NCBI GenBank assembly: GCA_051313645.2 | Contig: JBNRSN020000010.1 | Span: 76,508,001 to 76,572,000, forward strand | Length of the DNA stretch: 64,000 nucleotides | Source: Centroscyllium fabricii | Taxonomy: Eukaryota | Direction: 5' to 3' | Shown here: in pieces, positions 25,314 through 37,700 of the stretch | Numbering within the stretch: the first letter of the stretch is position 1 | Layout of the letters: each line of letters begins with the position of its first letter | The notes under the pieces: model-generated | What the model was told of the DNA's origin: nothing | Seen by the model: only the letters and a program-made list of their open reading frames with translations | Databases searched by the model: none | Made by a program: the position numbers and the translations under genes

Positions 25314-28300
25314 GCAAGAAGCATTAGAAACAAGGTAGATGAATTAGCTGTGGAAATAGAGGTAAATGAGTATGATTTGATTGGGATTACAGAAACATGG
25401 CTGCAGGGAGGGCAAGGCTGGGAACTTAACATCCAGGGGTATACAATATTTAGGAAGGATCGGCAAAAAAGAAAGGGAGGTGGGGTAGCATTGCTGGTGA
25501 AAGAAGGGATTAACGCAATTGAAAGGAAGGATAGGTTTACCAGGATGATACCTGGTCTGGGGGACTTATGCTACGAAGAAAGGCTGGACAGGCTGGGGTT
25601 GTTTGCCTTGGAGAAGAGAAGGTGGAGGGGTGACATGATTGAGGTGTACAAGATCATGAGGGGACACGATAGGGTAGACAAAGGGGCATTGTTTCCCCTG
25701 GTGGGAGAGTCAAGTACTAGGGGACATAGATTCAAGATCAGGGGGGGGAGGTTTAGGGGGGAGGTAAGGAGAAATTTCTTTACCCAGAGGGTGGTGGAAG
25801 TCTGGAACTCCCTGCCTGTGAGGGTGGTGGAGGCAGGAACCATCACAACATTTAAAAAATACTTGGACCAGCACATGAAGGACCATAACATACAGGGTTA
25901 TGGGCCAGGTGCGGGCAATTGGGGTTAGTACAGTGAGGAGTTTTTCTGGGCCGGTGCGGACTGGATGGGCCGAATGGCCCTTATCCGCACTGTAAAATTT
26001 CTATGATTCTATTCTATGATATTAACTCGGATGATATGGAATCTATATGGGTAGAACTGAGAAATAGCAAGGGGCGGAAAACTTTAGTGGGAGTGGTATA
26101 TAGGCCTCCAAACAGTAATATGGAGGTGGGGGAAGGCATAAAAAGGGAAATTAGAGAAGCGTGCAATAAGGGCACAGCTGTCATCATAGGTGACTTTAAT
26201 TTACATATAGATTGGACTAGCCAAATTAGTAAAAGTACCGAGGAGGAGGAATTCCTAGAATGTGTACGGGACGGTTACCTGGACCAATATGTCGAGGAAC
26301 CAACTCGGGATCAGGCCATCTTAGACTGGTTATTGTGCAATGAGAAGGGACTAATTGGCAATCTTGTTGTACGAGGCCCCTTGGGTCGGAGCGATCATAA
26401 TATGATCGAATTCTCACTTGAGATGGAGAGTGAAGAAATTGACTCAGAGACTAAGGTCCTGAATTTAAATAAAGGGAATTATGATGTTATGAGAAGGGAA
26501 TTAAGTAAGATTGATTGGGCGGTGTTTCTGGGGGGTTAACGGTGGATAGACAATGGCAAGCATTCAAAGATAGAATGGAAGAATTACAGAACTTGTTTAT
26601 ACCGGTTTGGCATAAAAATAAACCTAAAAAGGTGACTCAGCCGTGGATAACAAGGGAAATTAGGGACAACATAAAATCCAAAAAAAGACATATCAATTGG
26701 CCCAAAAAAGCACCAGACCTGAAGATTGGGAGCAGTTCAGGATACAGCAAAGGAGGACAAAGGGATTAATCAGGAGGGGAAAAATAGATTACGAAAGTAA
26801 GCTTGCGGCAAACATAAAAACCGACTGCAAAAGCTTTTATAGGTATATCAGGAGGAAAAGATTGGTAAAATCCCAAGTCGGTCCCTTGCGGTCCGATTCA
26901 GGGGAATATATAATGGGGAATAAGGAAATGGCAGACCAATTAAATTCATATTTTGGTTCTGTTTTCACAAAGGAGGACACAAATAACCTCCCTGGGATAT
27001 CGGGAAACATAGGGATGAATGCAAGGGACGAGCTGACAGAAATCAGTATTTCTAAGGATATGGTGTTGGGGAAGTTGAAGGGATTGAAGGCCGACAAATC
27101 TCCAGGGCCTGATAATCTACATCCTAGGCTATTTAAGGAGGTGGCCCTAGAAATAGTAGATGCCTTAATGATCATTTTCAGGAACTCGATAGACTCGGGA
27201 ACAGTACCCATGGATTGGAGGGTAGCAAATATTACCCCACTATTTAAAAAAGGGGGTAGAGAAAAAGCAGGGAATTATAGACCAGTAAGCCTTACATCAG
27301 TAGTGGGTAAAATGTTAGAGTCCATTATTAAGGATGCAACAGCGGAGCACTTGACAAATAGGGACGGAATCGGACAGAGTCAACATGGATTTACAAAAGG
27401 TAAATCGTGCTTGACTAATCTATTGGAATTCTTTGAGGAAGTAACAGGTAAAATAGATGCGGGAGAGCCAGTAGATGTGGTGTACCTTGACTTCCAGAAA
27501 GCCTTTGATAAGGTCCCACATAAAAGATTAGCATGCAAAATCGAGGCTCATGGGATTGGGGGCAAAGTATTGACATGGATAGAGAACTGGCTGGCAGATA
27601 GAAAACAGAGAGTTGGAATAAGCGGCTCGTTTTCTGAGTGGCAGGTGGTGACTAGTGGGGTGCCACAGGGATCTGTCCTGGGACCCCAGCTGTTCACAAT
27701 ATAGATTAATGATCTGGACCAGGGAATTGGATGCAACATCTCCAAATTTGCAGATGACACTAAACTAGGAGGGGGGGGTTGGCTCTGAAGAGGATGTCAG
27801 GAAGCTCCAGTGCGATTTGGACAAGTTGGGGGAATGGGCGGATACATGGCAAATGCACTATAATGTGGATAAATGTGAGGTTATCCACTTTGGGGGCAAA
27901 AACAGGAGGGCAGATTATTATTCAAATGGCAATAGATTGGGAGATGGGGAAGTGCAGAGAGACCTGGGTGTTCTTGTGCACCAGTCACTGAGGGCGAGCA
28001 TGCAGGTGCAACAGGCGGTTAACAAGGCAAATGGTATGTTGGCCTTCATATCAAGAGGGTTTGAGTACAGGAATAAGGATACCTTACTACAGTTGTACAA
28101 GGCACTGGTGAGACACACCTTGAGTATTGTGTACAGTTTTGGTCGCCTCATCTGAGGAAGGATGTTCTTGCCATGGAAGGAGTGCAGCGGCGATTCACCA
28201 GGATGATACCTGGAATGGCAGGAATGACCTACGAGGAGAGATTGTGTAATTTGGGCTTGTACTCGCTGGAGTTTAGAAGATTGAGAGGGGATCTCATCGA

Positions 28301-28698
28301 AATATATAAAATTCTGACAGGCCTGGACAGGTTAAATTCAGAAAGAATGTTTCCAATGGCGGGGGAGTCCAGAACCAGGGGCCACAGTCTAAGGATAAGG
28401 GGTAAACCATTTAGGACCGATATGAGGAAGAATTTCTTCACCCAGAGAGTGGTGAGCCTGTGGAATTCCTTGCCACAGAGGGCAGTGGAGGCCAGTTCAT
28501 TAAATATATTTAAGAGGGAATTGGATATATTTCTTCAGGCTAAAGAGATTAAGGGTTACGGAGAGAAGGCGGGGACGGGGTACTGAACTGGAAAGATCAG
28601 CCATGATTTTAGCCAAAGATCAGCCATGATCTCATTGAATGGTGGAGCAGGCTCGAAGGGCCGAATGGCCTACTCCTGCTCCTATCTTCTATGTTTCT
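25314..28698 (+). mobile_element. CR1-clade LINE (HER1-like), 5'-truncated at the start of ORF2; EN+RT pseudogene
   Basis: ARSIRNKVDEL, GITETWL, GDFN and SDH endonuclease motifs; YLDFQKAFD, GVPQGSVLGP and FADD RT motifs; 3' GGGCCGAATGGCC hairpin and TTCTATGT tail. Several frameshifts and stops. Confidence 0.95.
25533..26020 (+). mobile_element. Second CR1 3' fragment nested in the endonuclease region of the first
   Basis: Encodes the CR1 ORF2 C-terminus (RFTRMIPG...RNFFTQRVV) plus 3'UTR and (TTCTATGA) tail. Removing it restores NAIERKD-INSDDMESIWVEL. Confidence 0.92.
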
Positions 28699-30845
28699 CC
28701 TTCAAGGTGTGAAGGACATGCTGCCAAATGCTTGGCATGCCTCCAGCACCTTAGAGGAGTAAGTAACTCCATGCTGTCTGCAGCAGCTGTGAGCAGAAAC
28801 TGAGAAACCTCAGCTCTGCACATTTCCTGACAGCCGGTGCGAGCTGTCAAGGATTCTGAGCCCGACCACCCACCTGTCAGTCACCAGCACTTGACCGTTC
28901 CCATTGGTTCCACTCGACTGTGATGTTACAGTGGAGTGTTTCCATGGGAACTGTCAACAACCAGTGCTGGAACTGTCAATCAAACTCCTCGCAGCCCCGA
29001 TGTAGCCCGACTCGATTGACTTAATTACCTCCCGCTGCTGCCGGCGTGGATTTAACAACCCAATTAAATTAAAATTGCGTGGCCTTCCCAGCTGGTTGAG
29101 CGGGCGGGACAGGAAGCCGCCCCAACCAATTCCCGCCAGGTTCCCACCCTTCCGGCAAAGTCCCCCCCTAAGAGTCTCAAACACATCGTTGCCTCTCCGC
29201 TCCGTGCTCGTCTCTCTCAAAGCGCTCTGTTTGAACCGCTCCGTTCCTGCTTGCGCCAGTCCTGGTGTTAACAGCACCAAGATGGCCTTGGCCAAAGTTG
29301 CAAATGATTTCGTCTGTGACTGTCATCATGGTCTTCCTTGTCCTCCTTGATCTCTCTGCAGTGGCGATATGATGGACCATGCCATCCTCCTCCATCACCT
29401 CTCCTCTGTTATCGAGCTGTGTGGAACTGCTGTTCCATGATTCCATTCCACCTATCCAAAAGCAGCCAGTGTATCTCCAGTGATGGATTCTCTTCCCACC
29501 ACGATCAGCAGACATGGGGATATTACCATATATATGCTGGTGCTACCCACCTCCACCTATGCCCTGCCTTTCTCAAAACCCATAACCAACTCCATCAGTC
29601 TGTCTATCACAATGTCATGGGTGAGCCACACTTTCTTCAACTAAACATCAGAAAACCTGAAGCTATCATTCTCAGCACCTGCCATGAATTATACTCCTTT
29701 GCCTCTGATTGGCCACAGAATGGGTTGCGCTCACTGATGGAGAAGCAGCACTGTTTGAAACGTAGTCGTCCTGCTCGACCCTGAACTCAGCTTCAAACCC
29801 CACATCCTGTCCATCACCAAGCAAACTTATTTCCACCTGTGCAATATGACACACTGCCGCCCCACCTCCTTTTATGCTGTCGAACGCCTGATCCATACTT
29901 TTTTCTTCTCTAAACTCAATTATGCCAAGGCCCTCCTTCCTGGCCTCCCATCCTCCACAGAATTCAAAACAATTTACACAATAATGTGACAAAAACATAC
30001 CAACAGGAAGTAAAGTGGTGTAGATAGGAAGTATGTGCCGACATAAGATTTTTTATATATATATTTCTTGGGGTTGTCAATCAATCACAGTTAACTTTTT
30101 CAGCGATGAATTTTTTAACGCGTGTTAATGGTGGAAGTTACGCATAGAAGAATTTTTTTCTACAAAGGTGAAAGCTCTGGTTTCTGAAGTTATTTTAATT
30201 GTCTTTTCCCCCTCTCACTTGGGCTATGTGCTAACAGCAACCAAGTGGGCAAGCAGGTGATCTGTTCTCAGGTTTCAGAAAAAATCATTCTGAGATGTGC
30301 GAGAGCAGGTCTTTTAGTGACTTTCTGTTACATTTTCTCCTCTCTCTCTGTGGGAAGAGTGGTCTTGGCTTGGCACTTTAATAACTTCATAACCGAGATT
30401 GGGAGCTTGTAGCAGGGGTGGGAATTTACAGCTCTGAACCCACTCCTCAGCACTCCATGATGCGCCATGCCACCTGGTGTGGCAGCAGGACCCCTGACAA
30501 GGACGACTTTTTAAAAATTCAGGCTGTACAAATGCGCTAAGCATTTGCACAACCATATTTGCAAAGAGTAGTTTCAAGGCCTCAGTGAAATTAACTCTTA
30601 ACTTGTTATGTGTTGTAAACTAATACCCTCCACTGGCGTGTGGTAGGATCTGGATTACATGCCTCTGACACTGAAAGTGGCGATTTCCCGGGCTCCACCG
30701 TGCTGTCACAGTGAGGGAGCAATTGACACGAACCAACCAGCAGTGTTTCGTGCTGACGGTTAGCATTCTTCACCTGGTGTCCGCTGACAAAAACCAGTGC
30801 AGGATTGAAACTTCCTGCGCTGTCCTGTCCTAAGGGTCCCCCCAC

Positions 30846-32132
30846 AGCCAATCTCCAGACGCCATCCTACAACTCATCCGCTTCATCCTTGACCACAATG
30901 TCTTCACCTTCAACAACCAGTTTTTTACCCAAACAAACAGAACAGCCATGGGGACCAAATTCGCACCCCAATATGCCAACATCTTCATGCACAAGTTCGA
31001 GCAAGACTTCTTCGTTGCACAGTACCTCCAACCAATGCTATACACCAGATACATCGACGACATTTTCCTCCTGTGGACCCACGGCGAAGAATCACTGAAA
31101 AGACTACACGAGAACATAAACAAGTTCCATCCCACCATCAAACTCACCATGGACTACTCCTCAGAATCAGTTTCATTCTTGGACACACGAATCTCCATCA
31201 AAGACGGGCACCTTAGCACTTCCCTCTACCGCAAACCCACGGACAACCTCACGATGCTCCACTACTCCAGCTTCCACCCTAACCACGTTAAAGAAGCCAT
31301 CCCCTACGGACAAGCCCTGCGAATACACAGGATCTGCTCAAACGAGGAGGAACGCGATGGACACCTACAGACACTGAAAGACGCCCTCGTAAGAACGGGA
31401 TATGACACTTGACTCATCGATCGACAGCTCCGACGGGCCACTGCGAAAAATCGCATAGACCTCCTCAGAAGATGAACACGGGACACAACCAACAGAGTAC
31501 CCTTTGTCGTCCAGTACTTCCTCGGAGCGGAGAAACTACGCCATGTTCTTCGCAGCCTTCAACATGTCATCGATGATGACGAACACCTCGCTAAGGCCAT
31601 CCCCACGCCCCCACTACTCGCCTTCAAACAGCCGCCTAACCTCAAACAGACCATCGTTCGCAGCAAATTACCCAGCTTTCAAGAGAACAGCAACCACAAC
31701 ACCACACAACCCTGCCGGGGCAACCTCTGCAAGCCGTGCCAAATCATCAGCACAGATACCATCATCACACGTGAGGACACCACACACCAGGTATATGGTA
31801 CATACTCATGTGACTCGACCAATGTTGTCTACCTCATACGTTGCAGGAAAGGATGCCCTGGGGCATGGTACACCGGTGAGACCATGCAGACACTACGACA
31901 ACGGATGAACGGACACCGCACAACAATCGCCAGGCAGGAGTGTTCCCTCCCAGTTGGGGAACACTTCAGCAGTCAAGGACATTCAGCCTCCGATCTTCGG
32001 GTAAGCATTCTTCAAGGTGGCCTTCGAGACACACGCCAACGCAAAATCGTCGAGCATAGGCTGATAGCCAAGTTCCGCACCCATGAGCATGGCCTCAACC
32101 GTGATATTGGATTTATGTCGCGCTACATGTGA
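30846..32132 (+). pseudogene. Penelope RT-GIY-YIG ORF, one frame with two internal TGA stops
   Basis: Frame continuous from SQSPDAILQLIRF to DIGFMSRYM*, with stops at 31410-31412 and about 31472 (probable CGA>TGA). Confidence 0.85.
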
Positions 32133-32422
32133 CCCCGCCTGACATAGAGTCATCCAGACTCGAATCATCTTTGGCTTGTTCTGCGATTTTCAGTAAGAAA
32201 AATCCTTTTTTTTTTAAATCATTCTGTGGGATTTTCACAGACAGCAGACTGTAACATTTGACCCTTTGTAACTGCACCCTTTGATCTCAGGCTGACTGAT
32301 ATGTTATAACACCTTTGATTGTTTTGATGTCCCTCAGCTGAGGTGTGATGTGAAACAGTTGGAGAGACCACATTGTTCTCTCTCTATATATATATATGCT
32401 ATGTTTAAATGAATCTTGTCAT

Positions 32423-32460
32423 TTCACCTGAGGAAGGAGCAGCGCTCCGAAAGCTTGTGA
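32423..32460 (+). ncRNA. Minimal type I hammerhead ribozyme motif
   Basis: TCAC-CTGAGGA-A-GGAGC-AGC-GCTCC-GAAA-GCTT-GTGA: core boxes, 5-bp stem II, TCAC/GTGA stem I and palindromic AAGCTT in place of stem III. Confidence 0.7.
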
Positions 32461-32827
32461 TTTCAAATAAAACTGTTGGACTATAACCTGGTGTCGTGTG
32501 ACTTCTTACAATTGTCCACCCCAGTCCAACACCGGCACCACCACATCAGAATGTGGCAGAACAGAGCTCCTGTGTCCATATGCTGATCTTCAGCAATCAC
32601 GGCCATGTGATCAGGTGGCTCTGACCAGCAACCATACATGAGGCACCCAGTGTATTATGTAATACGCTTTGCTCTGTTACAAGTATAGAAGTTTTGTATG
32701 AATCCAGTAAAAGGAAAACAACATTCTTGAGCTGAGTTACACTGAAGTGCATTTTGTATTTGCAATAATAACCTCTGAAATTATTTTAAATTTTGAAAGC
32801 CACACTTATATATCATGAAACACTTAA

Positions 32828-33403
32828 AGGCCCTGTCACACCTAGACGTTTTAGCCAGCGTATGCAAATTTGGCTAAAATGCTGGGTTACGTCGGATACG
32901 TTATGGGTACGTTACGAGAACGCTGGGCATACGTTGCATACGTCGTTGTACTTCGAGTAAGTCGAGAATTTTTGAGCATGCACAAAAAATCTCGACTTAT
33001 CCAGCGTATGACTCACACGTTCCGCATACGCTGGCCATACGTTGTAGGCACGTTAGGCGATCGTTGAACACACTTTACCTGTGCCCCTGTGATGCCCTGT
33101 CACAACTTGACGAATTAGTATGCCAACATATCAAAATTTATCTAAAACGTCGGCGATACACTGCCGCGCGCTATGCATACGTTAGACTATCGTTGGGCAT
33201 AAGTTGTGAACGCCGACAACACACTAAGCATTCGTTGGTATAAGTTATCTGTAAGTTATCGATACGTTCTGTGTATGTTACTAATACGTTATGCATACGT
33301 TATGAATACGCTATTTACGCCCAAAACTGAGAAAAAGTCAAAAATTCAGCGTTTTAGCCAAATTTGCATACGCTGGCTAAAACGCCTAGGTGTGACAGGG
33401 CCT
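32828..33403. mobile_element. CpG-rich MITE with 57-bp TIRs (Kolobok- or Harbinger-like)
   Basis: TTAA|AGGCCCTGTCACACCTAG...CTAGGTGTGACAGGGCCT|TTAG; the TIRs differ at 2 positions. Confidence 0.88.
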
Positions 33404-33616
33404 TTAGTCACATTCACTTTGAGCCATGATAATATGAAATGAATCCAATCTTCCCACTTTTAGAGTAAGTGTTTCCCCAGCTCAGTATTGCAACAGATGT
33501 TTTGTTTTTCCCAGTTTCCTTCCCTCCCCTCCTGTAGACATTGACTCCCATTGGGCTACAGCAGCCCTCGGCTATCTTGCCCAAGTGGACATTTTTCATT
33601 TGTAAATTTAGACTCT

Positions 33617-34537
33617 GGGCTAGAAATTGGCCGCTTTAGCACCTCACGTTATCGCCTCCGGAGGGGGAGGGGCGATAACAGGGTGCTAATGACTTACCGC
33701 CCGGGCGCAGTGAGATGAACGACTCCTGCTAACTTGGCCCAGAGGTTTACAACGGCGGTAACACTTTGCGTCACGATCTCCTGCGCCCGGAGAACGTGAC
33801 ATCATCGCCATGTTTGTCAACTCGGTAGCACCCTGGACCCAAACTTTGGTTCCATCCCCTGCAGCATCACCGGGCGAAAACACCGGCAGCTGCAGGAGGC
33901 GCTCATCGGGAGGCCAGATGTTTCGGGGCGGAAGCTAAAGGGGAGGATGCCGAGGCAAGTAGGAAAATTTCTAAAATGCTTTTTTTCCAATTATTTTCAA
34001 TTCTCCTGGGCCGCGATCGATCAGCTGGGCACTCTGCTGGGAGAACAGTGCTGGTCATTACTTTCGCCTTCAAGGTGTGAAGGACATGCTGCCAAATGCT
34101 TGGCATGCCTCCAGCACCTTAGAGGAGTAAGTTACTCCGTGGTGGCTGCACCAGCTGTGGGCAAAAACGGAGAAATCTCAGCTTTGCACATTTGCTCACA
34201 GCCGGTGTGGAGCTGTCAAGGATTCGGAGCCCGCCCGCCCACCTGTCAGTCACCAGCACTTGACCTTTCCCATTGGTTCCACTCGACTGTGATGTCACAG
34301 TGGAGTGTTTCCATGGGAACTGTCAACAACCAGTGCTGGAACTGTCAATCAAGCTGCTCACAGCTCCGCTGCAGCCTGACTCGATTGAGTTAATTACCAC
34401 CCGCTGCCACCGGCGGGGATTTAACAGCTTAATTAAATTAAAATTGCGTCGGCTTCCCAGGCCCTTGGGCGGGCGGGACAGGAACCCGCCCAGACCAATC
34501 CCCGCCAGGTTCCCGCACTTCCGGCAAAATCCCCCCC
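33617..34537 (-). mobile_element. Chimeric MITE: family B left end joined to a family A half (copy 3)
   Basis: Left end GGGCTAGAAATTGG resembles the 54796 element; about 34020-34537 is family A in reverse orientation. No matching TSD. Confidence 0.7.
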
Positions 34538-34542
34538 ATGCT

Positions 34543-34712
34543 CTGGTCATTATCACATTGCTGTTTGTGGGACCTTGCTGTGCGCAAATTGGCTGCTGCG
34601 CTACCTACATTACAACAGGGCCTACACTGCAAAAGTACTTATATGACTGTAAAGCACTTTGGGAAGTCCTGAGGTTGTGAAAGGCGCTATATAAATGCAG
34701 GTTCTTTCATTC
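34543..34712 (+). mobile_element. SacSINE1/DeuSINE-like 3' portion
   Basis: CATTGCTGTTTGTGGGACCTTGCTGTGCGCAAATTGGCTGC...GTGAAAGGCGCTATATAAATGCA with an L2-type tail. Confidence 0.7.
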
Positions 34713-37700
34713 TTTTCTTTTTAAATTTCCAGTTTACATTCAAAGGAGATTTGCATTAAGCACCCCTACTACTAGCCTGATCCAGGTGAGCTGTCTTGTA
34801 GTCCAAAACAAAAGGGCAGAGCTGGAATTTTTCTGCTCTGAAATTTGATCAGAGTAAATAAATGCTCACTATTCATACTTCCCTAGTTGCTCTAATTGTG
34901 CTTGGAATGTACAAAAGAAAAATGGCCATTTTCAGAATAAACAAGCTATAAAACTGCTGAGGTCTACTTGCTGAAATCCACTGCAGAGCACCTCTGATCA
35001 GTAATACTGTATCATTGGCAGTTCCTAATGTGCAAGCTTATATCTTAAGTAATGTATTTCACATAAAACAGAGTTCCACTTCGTGTCAAGGAGCTGGCCT
35101 TTCTAGAAAGAGAAATGGTTTGGGGGTGGGGTATGGGGGCTCTGGTGAAAGCCGAGAGTGGTGACTCTGAAGAGAAGGATACTTTCATGATCCCATTAGC
35201 ATAAGAGAACTTAAATTATTCATGACGTGATCCTATGGGGAGAAGTAAAGTTAATGCATATAGTTTTTAACTCTCTTCCTTTCTGCTGTGAGAATGAACT
35301 CCTGCTGCATTCAGTGATCAGCCGTTTACTGAAAGCTCCAGTCGCTTGCTAGAAACCGGTGGTGCTGTGAACACTGAGATTCATCTCACTAGTGCTCTCA
35401 ACAGAGACCATCTGGACGAGTTCCAAAAAGTGATTAAACAAATTGATCAGCATTAGTTGCCATGTCACATGTCCAAAACTCTGGATTAAAAGAAAAACAC
35501 ATCTGACTTGGGGCCAAGGCGCTAACGTCATCCTTTTTGCAGTATTCAGATGGTCAACGAGCGTCTGTGCCATCTTTGTATCCGTATGGCCTGTAATCAT
35601 GAACAGGTTGTGTAAATGGCCCTCTCAGTAGCACTGTCTGTTCTCATAGAACAGCACAGTTCATATTAACTAGGTCAGCCTTGTGCTACATCAGACAGAG
35701 GGAAAAAATTACCAGAATTATTCTTACAACAAGCACACGGAATCTATACTGTGAGGGAAGTGCGGCTGGAATTTGTTCTGGAAGCTCAGAAAGAACAGGC
35801 GCATGAAATTATTTGGGTGCAGGAGATAGCTTGAGTATATAGACAGAAATTAATAAGACTTTTGAAGATAAAATGTAGGAAACCTTGGTGTGTATGGCAA
35901 ATATAGATATATATTTGTGAAAGGCAAGCTAAAGTAAGTCACGTGTACAGCTCAGTTATATAGAATGATCACTTAATGGGGAATGCTGTGTGATTAAATA
36001 AGAAGTTTGGTAATATAATATTCAAATATATATTTATAGAAATGTTTAGTTGAGTATGAGCATTGTTGAAAGTAAAATGAAAATGTTTTTTGGCTGCTGG
36101 CAGCAAATATCTTGCAGTAGAGCCAGTAATTAGGAAGTAGGGCTGATACCACATTATGATACAAGTAAATTTAGTACAACATGGAACGTGTGTCCCCTTA
36201 GATAACAGTTAAATGAACAGAATCTACTTCATAATTAGACTTTCTCTTACACTCTAATCGTGGGCAACCTACCTTCTAGTGTCTTGGTGGGGCACCATTA
36301 GCCCCCGTTAGGGATGAGAAGGCCAATTCATTCAAGGAAACACCTGCAGGCTGACGGTAAGCCTAGCCTGACCATTCCACAACAGTCTTTGTGGAGGGTG
36401 TATTTGGGAATTCTCACTGACAGCAAAGCCCACTGTGCCTTTTCGTTTTATTGTACAGAATAATGCAAAGTGGCAGTAAGTCAGCACATAATGCAATTTT
36501 GAGGAAATAAACTGAGGTCTTTTAACAACAAGAATGATCAGGCTAATTATTTATATTGCTAGAAAATTAACAAATAGGCTGAGTTCCAATACAATGTTTT
36601 TTGGTTGCTTGATAGATAAATTCGGTCTTCTGCAAAGGAAAAGCCATCTTTGCCATCTTCTACTAGGTCAGTTGTTTTATACCCAACGGTGTGATAATAA
36701 TGCATGTAACAACCAAAAATAAATGTGTAGCATATTTCTAGTTATTAAAGGTTTTTTAATTTTTAAGTTAAATAAATGTATACTGCATGCTCTTCCTAAT
36801 GATCCTTTTCATTTGACTTTAAGCTATACTTTTCTTCAAATATCTGTAAATAATAATATAGTTATTTCAAAATGTGCTTAGTTTTGTGTAGAAACCTGTT
36901 TGCATGTGTTCATAGTGAACAAATTGCATGCATCAATCAGAGGAGTGAATCCAGGCCACGATAAAAGCAATTAATGGCCTCATATTTACCAATCTAAATC
37001 TTTGTAATGTGTGAACCGTTTTTAAATCTATAGAGGTATATATTTTACCTTGGCTACAGTTCTGAATTCTAATGTATCAAATGCTCACAAATGGACAAAG
37101 TGAGAGATAGTACTTTAGAAGATCAAAATCAAAACTTAAGATGTGATCTCTGTTTTATTTTCTCATGTCTATGTCGATCCCTTTTTACAATAAGAGTTTC
37201 TTTTTGTAAACCTTTATAACCTCTTACATAGTCTTCAGCTATAATATAATTTGTGTATTTTTCTTTCACTTTCATGTTATCTCTTTTCCTGGACTCCTTT
37301 TCACTGTAACTTGATGAATGACATGAAAGCATGGCTTTCCTACTCAAGATTATAGTTATTAGAGTCTGATTCTTACCTGGGAGGTAAATGTTTCTGATTT
37401 CCAGCTAGCAGCAGAATTTTGAAAACAACTCTAAAATAAGGCTGCCTAACTGCTTATTTTACCCAACTGCTGTCCCCTCCCCCTCTCTCATACAGAACAA
37501 ACTGCTGAGCTGATGTGGATCCAACCCTATGGCACAGCCAAACATAAACACATTCGACTTCAGTCCAGTTAATATGCCCAAACAATTTCTGGTTCAGTAA
37601 TTTTTATGACTATGTGATGCAAGTATTTCAACAGTCTGAATGGAAACAGATCGCACACACCCACCCTTTCCAAGCTATTTCAAAGGGCAGCCTTTCTTCT

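Larger units (their letters stand above)
25009..29168 (-). mobile_element. MITE family A copy 2, interrupted by a CR1 LINE
   Basis: Arms 25009-25313 and about 28699-29168 are the reverse complement of copy 1; 3-bp TSD TAA (25006-25008, 29169-29171), typical of PIF/Harbinger. Confidence 0.85.
24735..29965 (+). mobile_element. Old L2-clade LINE remnant, split by a nested MITE (pieces about 24735-25008 and 29169-29965)
   Basis: C-rich decayed RT sequence continuous across the insertion (NQPSSNLHSHS|KSLKHIVAS, like NYRPISNLPFLSKxLExxVA); also STKMALAKVANDF and LQLNIRKPEAI motifs. Confidence 0.7.
30846..32548 (+). mobile_element. Penelope-like retroelement (probably Neptune group), 5'-truncated
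   Basis: RT (TAMGTKFAPQYANIFM, RYIDD), Cys-rich linker (PCRGNLCKPC) and GIY-YIG nuclease (NVVYLIRC...WYTGET...LRQRMNGH); 3' terminal repeat with hammerhead motif and AATAAA. Confidence 0.92.

Noticed and set aside
25350-25928. 192-aa ORF as a novel protein
   Set aside because: Chance in-frame fusion of two CR1 pieces; no evidence of expression.
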